Source of the DNA: Chloroflexota bacterium
GTDB lineage: Bacteria > Chloroflexota > Dehalococcoidia > Lucifugimonadales > UBA3495
Length of the DNA: 64,000 nucleotides
Assembly: GCA_027623675.1 (NCBI GenBank)
Contig: JAQBVF010000014.1
Location: 1 to 64,000 of the forward strand
Direction: 5' to 3'
In this document: positions 28,501 through 36,973 of the stretch, piece after piece
How the letters are laid out: each line of letters opens with the position of its first letter
How positions within the stretch are numbered: the stretch's first letter is position 1
Made by a program: the position numbers and the translations under genes
Notes under the pieces: model-generated
What the model saw: only the letters and a program-made list of their open reading frames with translations
The model's database searches: none
Told to the model about the DNA's origin: nothing

Positions 28501-29419
28501 CGGAGGACATGGCAATCATGCCGTCGTGGTAGAGCTGGACCAACTCACGTAAGGGCCGGAAGATCTCCACGCCCAACATGAGCACAATCATGAGAGCGCG
28601 CAGCTCCAGTTCGCCGTTGCTGACCCGGACCGCGCCCCAGCCCAGGGCCACCGCGGCCCCAGCGGCGATCCCCAGGATCGTCAGGGCGCTGGTGGCGCTA
28701 TTGGCCGCCAGCACGCCCATGGTTGTCCGGAACAATGCCCGGGCACGGTCGGCCAGAAGCTCACCGCGGGCCTTGCTCTGCCCGAAGGCTTTCAGGGTGG
28801 GAAGACCTTGGACCGCGTCCAGGAAGTCGGCCCCCAGCGCACCGTAAGCGTCTCGGCGCGCCATGCTGCTATCGCGGGTCCAGCGGTGGAACAGATTGGG
28901 AATAACCAGGGTAAAGAGGGCGAACGCCAGGAAGACCAAACCGGTCCGCAGGTCGATGACGGCCATGAACACAAAGATCAGCAGCGGCGCCAAAGCCGCC
29001 ACGATCATCTGGGGCAGGTAGCGGCCAAAGAAAGCCTCAAGCCGTTCCACGCCCTCAGCCAGAGACATCAGTACATCGCCGGTCCGGCTCTGGTCGAAGT
29101 AGCCGGGGCCAAGGGCCAGGCAATGGCGGTACAACCGCTCCCGCAGTGCCACCTTTACGATGCTGGCGGTGTGGTGACTGATGACCTCTTGCAGGTACTG
29201 AAGTCCGCTTCGCAAGACGATCAGTCCCGCCATGGCGGCCAAAGGCCAGGTCAGGGACGAGAACGCCGCGCCCTCGTTTATAACCTTGACGATGACCACG
29301 GCGGCCACCGACAGCCGCGCGATTCCGGCCGCCACCGCCAGCATGCCGACGACTGCCGCCAGGACGATACGTAACCTGACATCTTTGGCCAGTGCCAGTA
29401 ATCGAGGGTGTAGGTACAT
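25598..29419 (-). CDS. Full-length fused ABC transporter TMD-NBD-TMD-NBD (CydDC / YbtPQ / IrtAB-like fold) with His-rich linker and tail
   Basis: Two Walker A (GPSGAGKS, GRSGAGKT), two LSGGQ, two AHRLS, two TM domains, AHDMAYRLLAEMR; linker ..GHHHH.., C-terminal HHHH. Confidence 0.9.
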   Translation of the reverse strand: MYLHPRLLALAKDVRLRIVLAAVVGMLAVAAGIARLSVAAVVIVKVINEGAAFSSLTWPLAAMAGLIVLRSGLQYLQEVISHHTASIVKVALRERLYRHCLALGPGYFDQSRTGDVLMSLAEGVERLEAFFGRYLPQMIVAALAPLLIFVFMAVIDLRTGLVFLAFALFTLVIPNLFHRWTRDSSMARRDAYGALGADFLDAVQGLPTLKAFGQSKARGELLADRARALFRTTMGVLAANSATSALTILGIAAGAAVALGWGAVRVSNGELELRALMIVLMLGVEIFRPLRELVQLYHDGMIAMSSAEGIFDIMDAEIEVAEPADGSARLDLIPELRFESVDYAYSGGRRPALHGLSFTLKAGETLGLVGPSGAGKSTIVWSILRFFDPQSGRILLGGADIREIPLAQLRDQVAVVTQDTYLFHGTVAENLRFGGPGATQEDLETAAKAANAHEFISHLPNGYDTVVGERAVRLSGGQKQRIAIARALLKNAPILVLDEALSSVDAENEAVIQEALDRLMEGRTTLIIAHRLSSVVNADRIIVLEDGRLVESGTHSELVAAGGVYSSLMAQQQDIDDEHVGDPGKEHAHAGASAVLAHDTAPAPDTGAFVPQPAHQGEGHHHHAVPTAGAATAPASRLGFMTVWRRLFQLVRPWRGELALTFFLGLLHHGSIIGLSVISALLVGEVITGGDLTALLVLLGVFVPLAAFFTWAESWVAHDMAYRLLAEMRVDVYNKLDPLTPAYMVRRRSGDLVSVVGGDVELVEFFFAHTITPAFVAILVPAGVLATLAFIAWPVALVLSPFLLATAISPFMAQKRSEGLGEELRSQLGDVHAHMVDSIQGMREIAAFGQGPSRTAEMVANSWRFAHFQLRFLKERAFQVGFIEGMTALGGLAVLAMGVWLMTNGDISRTQLVLSVVLSVAAFAPIADIARTIKQLMETLAAARRLFVVHDEPVPVIDGPGVPSSPNGSKPSPALSFEHVGFSYGEGEAQALHGVSFDVDPGQTVALVGRSGAGKTTCANLVMRFWDPAEGHVRLGGHDLREFELDDLRRKIALVSQDTYLFNASIRDNLRLGKIDATDAEIETAARQANAHEFIASFPDGYDTKVGERGMQLSGGQRQRISIARALLKNAPLLILDEATSYLDAVNERQVRNALETLMEGRTTLVIAHRLSTVRDADRIVVLDNGHAVEQGNHHELLASHGLYSQLVSTQLVGAASGAGHPEEKHTEEKHSGENRDAHHQSGHQGDGHHEGHADHRGGPLPGMPEVDPHHHH

Positions 29420-29429
29420 GGATTATCCT

Positions 29430-30449
29430 TTATTGCGGGTAAATGGCTCCGCTGTCCCCTTCAAACACGTTTCCAGTCTCAAGCCCCTCCACTGCCGTGG
29501 CATCCCCACCCAGGGCCGGGACCATCACCGCTACGTTCTTGCGCATCAATTCCAGGTAGGTATGTTCCGGGTCGCCAGGCTTGCCGGGTAGGTCGTCGTC
29601 GGCCATCTCATCAATGAACTGGGCGCCGGCCTCATCCGCGATGGCTTCCAACACGTCACTGGAAAAAACTTCAGAGCCGAAGACGGCCGGAAGGCCCAGC
29701 GATTTCAATTGGTCGATCAGCCCGGCCACATCATTGGCAGAAGGTTGCGCGAAATTAGAGGGTTGAATCGCTCCAATCACCTCCATACCGTACTGTTTGG
29801 CGAAGTACGCCCAGGAATCGTGGTAAGTCAGCAACTTACGGTTCCCTTCCGGCACGGTCGCGACCGCGGTCCTGAAGGCCTGGTCCATCTTGATGACCCG
29901 CTCCCTGAACCGGGCCAGGTTTTCGTCGAAGTAGGGGGCATTGTCCGGATCCAAGGCAGTCAACTGGCCGTGGACCAACTCAGCGTACCGCAGGCCCAGA
30001 TTGGGGTCCGGCCAAAGGTGTGGGTTGGGATGGCCGGCAGACTCCGGGAAGGTGAAGTCGAATTGCCATTGGTCTTCCGTCACCGAAAGATCGCCCAGAT
30101 TCAGGATCACGGTGTCAGCTTGCTTGTTGGCCTCGGCCAATGCCAGGGTTGGCTCCTCCAAGAACAGGCCGTTGATCACGATCAAGTCGGCTTGGGAGAG
30201 GAGTTTAGCCATGGACGGATTCGGCTCAAAGGTGTGGGAGTTAACGCCCTCGGGCACGACGCCTTCCAGCCGTATCCGCGTGCCTCCGATATTCTCAACG
30301 ATGTTGGTGATCGGCGAAACCGTGGCCACCACCCTAAGCCTCTGGTCTTGGCTGGCGTCCGGCTGGTCTGACGAGCCGCCGCAAGCGCTGAGCGCCAAAG
30401 CCAATAGCAGGACCGCCCAAATCATGCCACCGTGAAATATACGCGTCAT
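29430..30449 (-). CDS. Zn/Mn ABC transporter substrate-binding lipoprotein
   Basis: Lipobox LSAC, NSHTFEP, NPHLW, TYHDSW, DDDLPG. Confidence 0.93.
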   Translation of the reverse strand: MTRIFHGGMIWAVLLLALALSACGGSSDQPDASQDQRLRVVATVSPITNIVENIGGTRIRLEGVVPEGVNSHTFEPNPSMAKLLSQADLIVINGLFLEEPTLALAEANKQADTVILNLGDLSVTEDQWQFDFTFPESAGHPNPHLWPDPNLGLRYAELVHGQLTALDPDNAPYFDENLARFRERVIKMDQAFRTAVATVPEGNRKLLTYHDSWAYFAKQYGMEVIGAIQPSNFAQPSANDVAGLIDQLKSLGLPAVFGSEVFSSDVLEAIADEAGAQFIDEMADDDLPGKPGDPEHTYLELMRKNVAVMVPALGGDATAVEGLETGNVFEGDSGAIYPQ

Positions 30450-30944
30450 CTAGTCATGAACCTCTTTATTGTGTGTTGAATCATCTGGGCCGGTGTCCTT
30501 GGTTTTGCCAGCCGCTTGGCACTGGGCGCAAACACCGCTGACGGCGAAGTGCTCCAGGTCCGGCTCGAATCCAAATTCGCTATTCAGAACTTCGCGGAAT
30601 TCGGCCAGGTAATGGGGGCTTAGGTTGAATGCGCCGTTGCAGACCCGGCAGACCATGTGGTGATGGTGCCCGTTCGGGTCGGTTAACTCAAAGTGCAACC
30701 GGTCGCCGATGGCTACCTCGGTCACCACTCCCAAACCCTTGAACAGATGCAACGTCCGGTAGACGGTGGCGATGTCCATGTAGGGATAAGCCTTCTTGGC
30801 GGCCTGGAAAACCTCGTCCACGCCCTTATGTCCCCCGCCGGCGGCGATGCAGGAAAGCACGATAAGCCGTTGCGGGGTAAGCCGGTGGCCCTTGAGACGC
30901 AGTGTCTCGATGGCCTTTTCATGGGTTGTCATCTCTGTAGACAT
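30450..30944 (-). CDS. Fur-family transcriptional regulator
   Basis: RLTPQR, ATVYRTL, HHHHMVCRVC, CAQC. Confidence 0.93.
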   Translation of the reverse strand: MSTEMTTHEKAIETLRLKGHRLTPQRLIVLSCIAAGGGHKGVDEVFQAAKKAYPYMDIATVYRTLHLFKGLGVVTEVAIGDRLHFELTDPNGHHHHMVCRVCNGAFNLSPHYLAEFREVLNSEFGFEPDLEHFAVSGVCAQCQAAGKTKDTGPDDSTHNKEVHD

Positions 30945-31079
30945 AGGAGGTCGGGGCCGGGAGAACAGTGGTGCGAACGAAAGTTATTGCAATTGATTGC
31001 GGGAACTAATTCTAGCATTAGCTGACCGGTTGTCAAGGCGGCATTTGGCGGCGGGGGGAGATGACTAGCGGGGGCGAAG

Positions 31080-32348
31080 CTAGACCTTGACGGCGGAGAT
31101 CATGATCCCGGAGACGACTCTGGTGACGGCCATGGCGATGAAGACGATGGGCCACGGGCTGCCGGCCATGTCGAGCACGGCGGCGAATATCAGGGCTTGG
31201 GCGCCGGCGTAGGCGTAGCCGTGGGCGTCCAGCAGGCCCGAAGAAGTGCCCGACATGTGCCGCCCGGCGATGTCCACGGCCACGGTGGACATGGGAGACA
31301 TGCCCATGGAAAGCCCGCCAACCAAAAGCAGCACGGCTCCCAGAGTGACGTTGACCGGAGGGGCCAGGGCGATGCAGACCAGCACGATCGCGCTGACCGC
31401 GCAGGAGAAGATAACCATCGGCCGCCTGCGGCTGCCCAGATACCGGTCGGAGAATATACCGGCGATTGGCGGGGCGATCAGGTAGCCCATGGGAAGCAGG
31501 ATGGTGAGCAGGACCGTGGACTCGATGGACAGCCCGCCCTCTTCGAAGTAGTAGATGGGGACCCAGGTGGTGAGCCCGTAGCGGACCACGTTCTCCAGTC
31601 CCTTGACGTGGCTGGCCAATAGGAACCTGGGATTGGACAGCAGTTCTTTGTAGGGTCCCAGACCCTTGAGACGCTCCGGGTCGATGGCCTCGGGCACGGC
31701 GGAGACCACGTCATCCTCCACATACTCGGGCAGGTCGACCTTGGAAGGACGGTCCCGGACGATGAAGTAGAAGGCGATACCCAGCACGGCAATGATCAAA
31801 GGAGGGTAGCGGAAGGACGCGCGCCAGCCCCATTCGGCGCCCACGTAGCCGGATATCCACCACATCATCACCATTGCGCCGCCAGCGGCGGTGCCCACGA
31901 TGCCCATGGCCATGCCCCGGTTGCGGCGGGGCCACCATTGGGAGATCATGCTGATTCCGGGGGCCCAGCAGGCGGCGTTGACGAATCCGGCGATGCCCCA
32001 GGGTATGGCCATGGTCACTGCCGATGTGGCGAAGCTGGTGACCCAGTTGAAGATGGTGGTGAGGATGGCGCCGATCAGGACCCACAGCCGCAAACCATAG
32101 GTTTCACTGAGCCGGCCGTGGACCAGGTCGCCCAGGCCGAAGCCCCAGAGAAGCATGGCGTTCACCAGACCAACCTCGAAGTTGGAGAGGCTCAGGTCCT
32201 CTTTGACCAAGGGGGCTACCGGCCAGAAGTTGAACCGGCCCAGGTAGAGGAACAGGTAGAACCCGGCGAAGGCCAGCAGTATCCGCCACTTGAAGATGTG
32301 GTATTCGCGAGGAAGGTCTTCGTAGCGTGCTGTTTGGCCGCTGCTCAT
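31080..32348 (-). CDS. MFS transporter, organophosphate:Pi antiporter (GlpT/UhpT-like) family
   Basis: YLFLYLGRFN, QWWPRRNRG, VRYGLTTW, SDR...SRR, GTSSGLLD. Confidence 0.85.
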   Translation of the reverse strand: MSSGQTARYEDLPREYHIFKWRILLAFAGFYLFLYLGRFNFWPVAPLVKEDLSLSNFEVGLVNAMLLWGFGLGDLVHGRLSETYGLRLWVLIGAILTTIFNWVTSFATSAVTMAIPWGIAGFVNAACWAPGISMISQWWPRRNRGMAMGIVGTAAGGAMVMMWWISGYVGAEWGWRASFRYPPLIIAVLGIAFYFIVRDRPSKVDLPEYVEDDVVSAVPEAIDPERLKGLGPYKELLSNPRFLLASHVKGLENVVRYGLTTWVPIYYFEEGGLSIESTVLLTILLPMGYLIAPPIAGIFSDRYLGSRRRPMVIFSCAVSAIVLVCIALAPPVNVTLGAVLLLVGGLSMGMSPMSTVAVDIAGRHMSGTSSGLLDAHGYAYAGAQALIFAAVLDMAGSPWPIVFIAMAVTRVVSGIMISAVKV

Positions 32349-32373
32349 GGTTCTTCCAGGTGGGATCATAAAT

Positions 32374-32441
32374 AAAAAGGCCGAGAGGCAGGCTCGCTAA
32401 CTTCTATGAATACGGGAAAGCGGCGTGCCTTTCGGCCTTTT
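32374..32441. terminator. Long-loop inverted repeat, terminator-like
   Basis: AAAAGGCCGAGAGGCA ... TGCCTTTCGGCCTTTT between the VOC and MFS genes. Confidence 0.55.
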
Positions 32442-32468
32442 GCGGTTGCTGCTGGATTTTATGTGAAG

Positions 32469-32951
32469 TTAGCTGCCGGCGGGTATGCGGGCCTTGGCGA
32501 TGCCTTCCAATTCTTCGTTGGACATGGCCAGGTCAATGGGGTCGCCCATGGGCTGAGGGACTTTATAAGGAGTCCGGACGTACAACTCGATGCGGTTGCC
32601 TTCCGGGTCGAAGAAATACATGCCGAAGGCGATGCCATGGCTGACGATCCGCTCGACCTTTACGTCTGGCTCGGCCTCCAAACGGGCGTGGTATTCCCGC
32701 AGGTCTTCCAGTGTGGGAACGATGAACGAGATCTGCTGAATGACCTTGGCATCGTCACGGGTCACCCGGCCCTTCATCAGGACGAACTCGTGATGCTCCC
32801 GCTCTTTGTCGGCGGTCAGGAAGGTCATTCCGCGCTCTTCCAGGTCTTCATCCGAGATGGTGAGACCGATGACACGGGTGTAGAAGTCCCGCATCTTCAT
32901 CAGGTCTTCCGCGTAGATCCCAACGTGTCCCAGAGAGTCGATCGTAGGCAT
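32469..32951 (-). CDS. VOC (glyoxalase/extradiol dioxygenase) family protein
   Basis: LGHVGI, FYTRVIG, EHHE, YFFDPEGNRIE; RBS GGAGGA. Confidence 0.9.
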   Translation of the reverse strand: MPTIDSLGHVGIYAEDLMKMRDFYTRVIGLTISDEDLEERGMTFLTADKEREHHEFVLMKGRVTRDDAKVIQQISFIVPTLEDLREYHARLEAEPDVKVERIVSHGIAFGMYFFDPEGNRIELYVRTPYKVPQPMGDPIDLAMSNEELEGIAKARIPAGS

Positions 32952-33049
32952 GGCGGTAATCCTCCGTCTATTTAGCTGCGCTGTTCCCGAGGAGAGTCCC
33001 TAATTATTAGCGCGAATTATACACCACCGGTCGGCCGGCACGCCGTCGA

Positions 33050-35308
33050 TTATTCGCTGCCGCGCCGCCGGCCGGCCATCGCCCGGAACAGTTTCTCGGA
33101 GCTGACCGGAATCTCGGTCATGCTGACTCCGGTGGCATCCAAGATGGCGTTGACGATGGCGGGGGCCACCGAGCTGATTCCCTGCTCGCCGATCGCCTTG
33201 CCGCCGTAGGGTGAGGGGCCGCCGCTTTCGCTCTGGACCAGCACCGTCCGAAGCTCCGGCATATCGGGCATGGACGGTATCTTGTATTCGCCCATCGACA
33301 GGGTGGTCACGTGGCCCTCGTCATATTGTAGGTCTTCGGTCAGGGCGTAGCCGATGCCCTGCATCACCGCTCCGTCGATCTGGCCCTGGTGCCCCAGCGG
33401 GTTCAAGATCGTCCCCACGTCATGGGCGGAGGTGAACTTGGTCAGGCTAATCTGGCCCGTCTCTTCGTCCACTTCAACCTCGGCGATCTGGACGCAGAAC
33501 ACGGTGATGTCTTCGTCGCGCTCTGAGTCGTAGGTATTCTCGGATTCCATGAGGCCGCCGGACCGGGCAACCAGGTCGCCCAGGCTAACCGAAGTCTTAC
33601 CCGGCGCGGTCACCTGCCCGTGGGAGAAGCCGGTCTCGTCCTCGGGCCAGCCAAACATGTCGGCGGCCATGGTTACCATCTTCTGGCGCAACTCCTGAGC
33701 CGTCCGGTAAACGGCCTGGCCGGCCACGTGGGTCACCCGGCTGCCACCCACGCCGGTCTCGAAATCGACATCGTCGGTGCTCCAATTCACCATCTTGATC
33801 TCATCGTAAGCCACGCCCAACTCTTGTCCCAAAATCTGGCGGAGCACGGTGTAGAAGCCAGACCCGGTGTCGGGCAGGGCGGTGTAGAGAGTGACCAGTC
33901 CGTCGGAGTCCACGGTGATCTTGGCGGTGGAGCTGCCCGCGCCGACATGCCGCTCGCAGATGGCCATGCCGCGTCCGGTCAGCTTACCAGGATTCTGGGG
34001 CTTGGCGGCGTCGTAGCCGGACTCTTTGATGGCGGCTTCCAGGGTCCGAAGGCCCATGATGTTCTGCCACCGATGTCCCAAGGGGGATTCGTCGCCGTCC
34101 TGCACCAGGTTCTTCCTGCGGAGGTCGGCCGGGTCCATGCCCAATTCGCGGGCGATGAGGTCGATCTGTGCCTCGGCGGCGAAGATGGACTGGGGATCTC
34201 CGGGCGCCCGCATGCTGCCGCAGGGCACCTGGTTGGTGTAGACCACGTAGGAGTCGATATGGCCGTGGGGAATCTTGTACGGACCCAGGCAGCGGGCGCC
34301 GTAGGAGACGCCCCGCTGGGGTTTGAATGCCGCGTACCCGCCGCTGTCGTAGACCAGGTTGGCCTGCCGGGCGGTGAACGTGCCGTCCTTCTTAACGCCC
34401 GTCTTGAAGGTCATCACGGCCGGGTGGCGGGGGTTGCCGGCCATCAGTTCTTCGATGTAGGTCATCACCATGCGCACGGGGCGGCCGGTGGTCTTGGAGA
34501 GCCAGAAACCCAGGTGGCTGTCCATGAACCCGCCCTTGCCGCCGAAGTCGCCGCCAATGGTTATGGGGTTGACCCGTATCTGGCCGGTGGACATGTCGAT
34601 GCCTTCGGACAGCTGCTGCCGCACCTGGAAGGGCATCTTGCTGTTGACCCAGGCCTGGACCCGCCCGGTGGTGTCCAGGAAGACCACCGAGGCGTGTGGC
34701 TCGATGTACGCCTGGTGCTGGTGATTGGTCTTGAAAGTGTGTTCAAAGACATAATCAGCTTCGGCGAAGCCTTTTTCGACATCGCCCCGGCTCCAGACGC
34801 CGTGCCCGGCCATGTTGGGGTGGTCTTGCGCGCCGCCTGCTGTTCCCACGTAACCGCTGAACTCAGGATGAAGGGTGGTGGCGCCGGGCCTGATGGCCGC
34901 CACCGGGTCCAAGATGGGCTCCAATTCTTCATACTCGATCTGTATCAGGTTCAGGGCTTCTTCGGCGATATCGTCGTCTTCCGCGGCCACCGCCACGACC
35001 TTCTGTCCGGCAAACCGGACCACGTCCCGGGCCAGAATGGGCATGTCCCGGAGCATCCGCCCCACCAGATGGGGCGGTATGTCATCGGCGGTCAACACGG
35101 CATGCACGCCGGGCACCTTCCGGGCCTCCGCCAACGAGTCCTGGTTGATGGACACGATCTTGGCATAGGGGAAGGGGCTACGCAGGCACTTGCCCACCAG
35201 GATGCCCGGCAGGTTGACGTCGGCGGGGTAGATGGCTTGTCCGGTAACCTTGGCCGGGCCTTCCGCGCGCCCAACCGGCTTGCCGATGGTTTCGTAAGAG
35301 CTAGTCAC
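33050..35308 (-). CDS. Xanthine dehydrogenase family molybdopterin-binding large subunit
   Basis: AKVTG, HQAYIEPH, GGDFGGK, SMRAPG, GQIDGAVMQGIG, GGKAIGE. Confidence 0.92.
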   Translation of the reverse strand: MTSSYETIGKPVGRAEGPAKVTGQAIYPADVNLPGILVGKCLRSPFPYAKIVSINQDSLAEARKVPGVHAVLTADDIPPHLVGRMLRDMPILARDVVRFAGQKVVAVAAEDDDIAEEALNLIQIEYEELEPILDPVAAIRPGATTLHPEFSGYVGTAGGAQDHPNMAGHGVWSRGDVEKGFAEADYVFEHTFKTNHQHQAYIEPHASVVFLDTTGRVQAWVNSKMPFQVRQQLSEGIDMSTGQIRVNPITIGGDFGGKGGFMDSHLGFWLSKTTGRPVRMVMTYIEELMAGNPRHPAVMTFKTGVKKDGTFTARQANLVYDSGGYAAFKPQRGVSYGARCLGPYKIPHGHIDSYVVYTNQVPCGSMRAPGDPQSIFAAEAQIDLIARELGMDPADLRRKNLVQDGDESPLGHRWQNIMGLRTLEAAIKESGYDAAKPQNPGKLTGRGMAICERHVGAGSSTAKITVDSDGLVTLYTALPDTGSGFYTVLRQILGQELGVAYDEIKMVNWSTDDVDFETGVGGSRVTHVAGQAVYRTAQELRQKMVTMAADMFGWPEDETGFSHGQVTAPGKTSVSLGDLVARSGGLMESENTYDSERDEDITVFCVQIAEVEVDEETGQISLTKFTSAHDVGTILNPLGHQGQIDGAVMQGIGYALTEDLQYDEGHVTTLSMGEYKIPSMPDMPELRTVLVQSESGGPSPYGGKAIGEQGISSVAPAIVNAILDATGVSMTEIPVSSEKLFRAMAGRRRGSE

Positions 35309-35365
35309 GTTGCGCCTCCCCTATCTGGCTTCGGTCTCGTTAGAACTGGTCATGATCAGTCTCCC

Positions 35366-36973
35366 CTATCCGGCCTTTGTTTTGCTTCCGGACTTTTTGG
35401 GCGCGCCCTCAGCCGCCAGGTCCATGGCCAACTGGGCCAGCGTTCGAACGGGCACCCCGGTCGCGCCCTTGACCAGGTAGCCGGAGGCGCGGTCCGAGGT
35501 CGACGTTCCGGCGATGTCCAGGTGCACCCAGGCCGCGCCGTCGACGAACTCGGCCAGGAGCAGCGCGGCGCTGATGGACCCAGCCTGGCGTCCGCCGCTG
35601 TTCTTCATGTCGGCAACGTCGCTTTTGATCAGGTCTTTGTATTCGTCGAACATCGGCAGTTCCCAGAATCTCTCGCCAGTCTTCTTGCCGGCGTCGATGG
35701 TCTGCTGGACGAGTTTGTTGTCGTTGCCCATGACACCGGTGCAGGCTTTGCCCAGGGTAGTGACCATGGCCCCAGTCAACGTGGCCACGTCCACCAGCCG
35801 CGTGATGCCCTGCTCCCGGGCGTAGCACAGCGCGTCGGCCAGCACCAGGCGGCCTTCGGCGTCGGTGTTGATCACCTCGATGGTCTTGCCGTTCATGGCC
35901 CGGACCACGTCTCCCGGCCGCTGGGCCGAGGAGCCGGGCATGTTCTCGGTGGCCGCGATCACGGCCAGCACGTTTATCTTTGGCTTGGTCTGACCGATCA
36001 CCTGCATGGCGGCGATGACCGACGCCCCGCCGGCCATGTCGCCTTTCATGGCCTCCATGCCGCCGGGCGGCTTCAGGGATATGCCGCCGGTGTCGAAGGT
36101 GATGCCCTTGCCGATCAGGCCCAGGTTATTCTCCGGGTTCCCGGGGTCGCCGTCGTAGCGCATGACGATGAGCTTGGCCGGTTCGTCGGTGCCCTGGGCC
36201 ACGCCCATGAACGCGCCCATGCCCATCATCTTCATCTCCGGATTGTCCAGGACCAGTATCTCGAAACCCTGGTCTTTGGCCACTTTTTGAGCCGCCTCGG
36301 CCATGCGGGAGGGCGTCATGTGGTTGGCCGGTTCGTTGACCATGTCACGGGCGATGATCGTCGCCAAAGCCGTGGCGCTGCCCAACAGCACCCCGGTTTT
36401 GATGGCCTTGGCGCGTGCCTCGTCCAGCTCCACCACGGTCAGCTTCTCAAACTCGGTGGATGAGTCGCCATTCTTCGTCAGGTAATGACCGAATCTGTAA
36501 AGACCCAGGTGGGCGCCCTCGGCGATTGCCTGGCCTGATTCTTCAGGGTCGAGTCCGCCGATTCCAGCCCCGTGGGCGATGGTGGCAGCTTTGGAGATTC
36601 CTTTGCGGCGGAGGAAGCGGACCACCTCCGCTGACACCCGGCGCACGACCTGGGCATCAAACTTGTCTTCGGGGCCAAGTCCAGCCACCAGCACCCTGCT
36701 CGGCTTGATCTTGCCCATGGTGTGTATCAACGTTGTCTCACCGGCGTTGCCCTTGATCTCTCCTTCGGCGATCAACCGGGTGATGATCCCGTCCAGTGCC
36801 TGGTCCACCGCTCCCGTCGCGCCTCCGGGCTGCTTTACGCCCTTGAACAGGTTGACCACCAGAGCGGGGGTTTCGATGCCCGTGATATCAGCGGACAGGA
36901 CATCGATCTCCAGTTCGGCGGGCTTGGCGGCCTTGATTGTATCTTTTGCCTTGGGTTTTCGCGTCGTCGTCAT
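35366..36973 (-). CDS. pepA: Leucyl aminopeptidase (M17)
   Basis: GKGITFDTGG, MKGDMAG, NTDAEGRL, ATLTGA, HLDIAGT. Confidence 0.95.
   Translation of the reverse strand: MTTTRKPKAKDTIKAAKPAELEIDVLSADITGIETPALVVNLFKGVKQPGGATGAVDQALDGIITRLIAEGEIKGNAGETTLIHTMGKIKPSRVLVAGLGPEDKFDAQVVRRVSAEVVRFLRRKGISKAATIAHGAGIGGLDPEESGQAIAEGAHLGLYRFGHYLTKNGDSSTEFEKLTVVELDEARAKAIKTGVLLGSATALATIIARDMVNEPANHMTPSRMAEAAQKVAKDQGFEILVLDNPEMKMMGMGAFMGVAQGTDEPAKLIVMRYDGDPGNPENNLGLIGKGITFDTGGISLKPPGGMEAMKGDMAGGASVIAAMQVIGQTKPKINVLAVIAATENMPGSSAQRPGDVVRAMNGKTIEVINTDAEGRLVLADALCYAREQGITRLVDVATLTGAMVTTLGKACTGVMGNDNKLVQQTIDAGKKTGERFWELPMFDEYKDLIKSDVADMKNSGGRQAGSISAALLLAEFVDGAAWVHLDIAGTSTSDRASGYLVKGATGVPVRTLAQLAMDLAAEGAPKKSGSKTKAG

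Noticed and set aside
33050..35308. Aerobic CO dehydrogenase CoxL
   Set aside because: AYxCSFR motif absent and no coxM/coxS adjacent
33620..36463. 947-aa plus-strand ORF and many other long antisense ORFs (e.g. 26144-27397, 46477-47643, 9776-10720)
   Set aside because: Shadow frames of well-supported genes in GC-rich DNA, with no motifs or RBS
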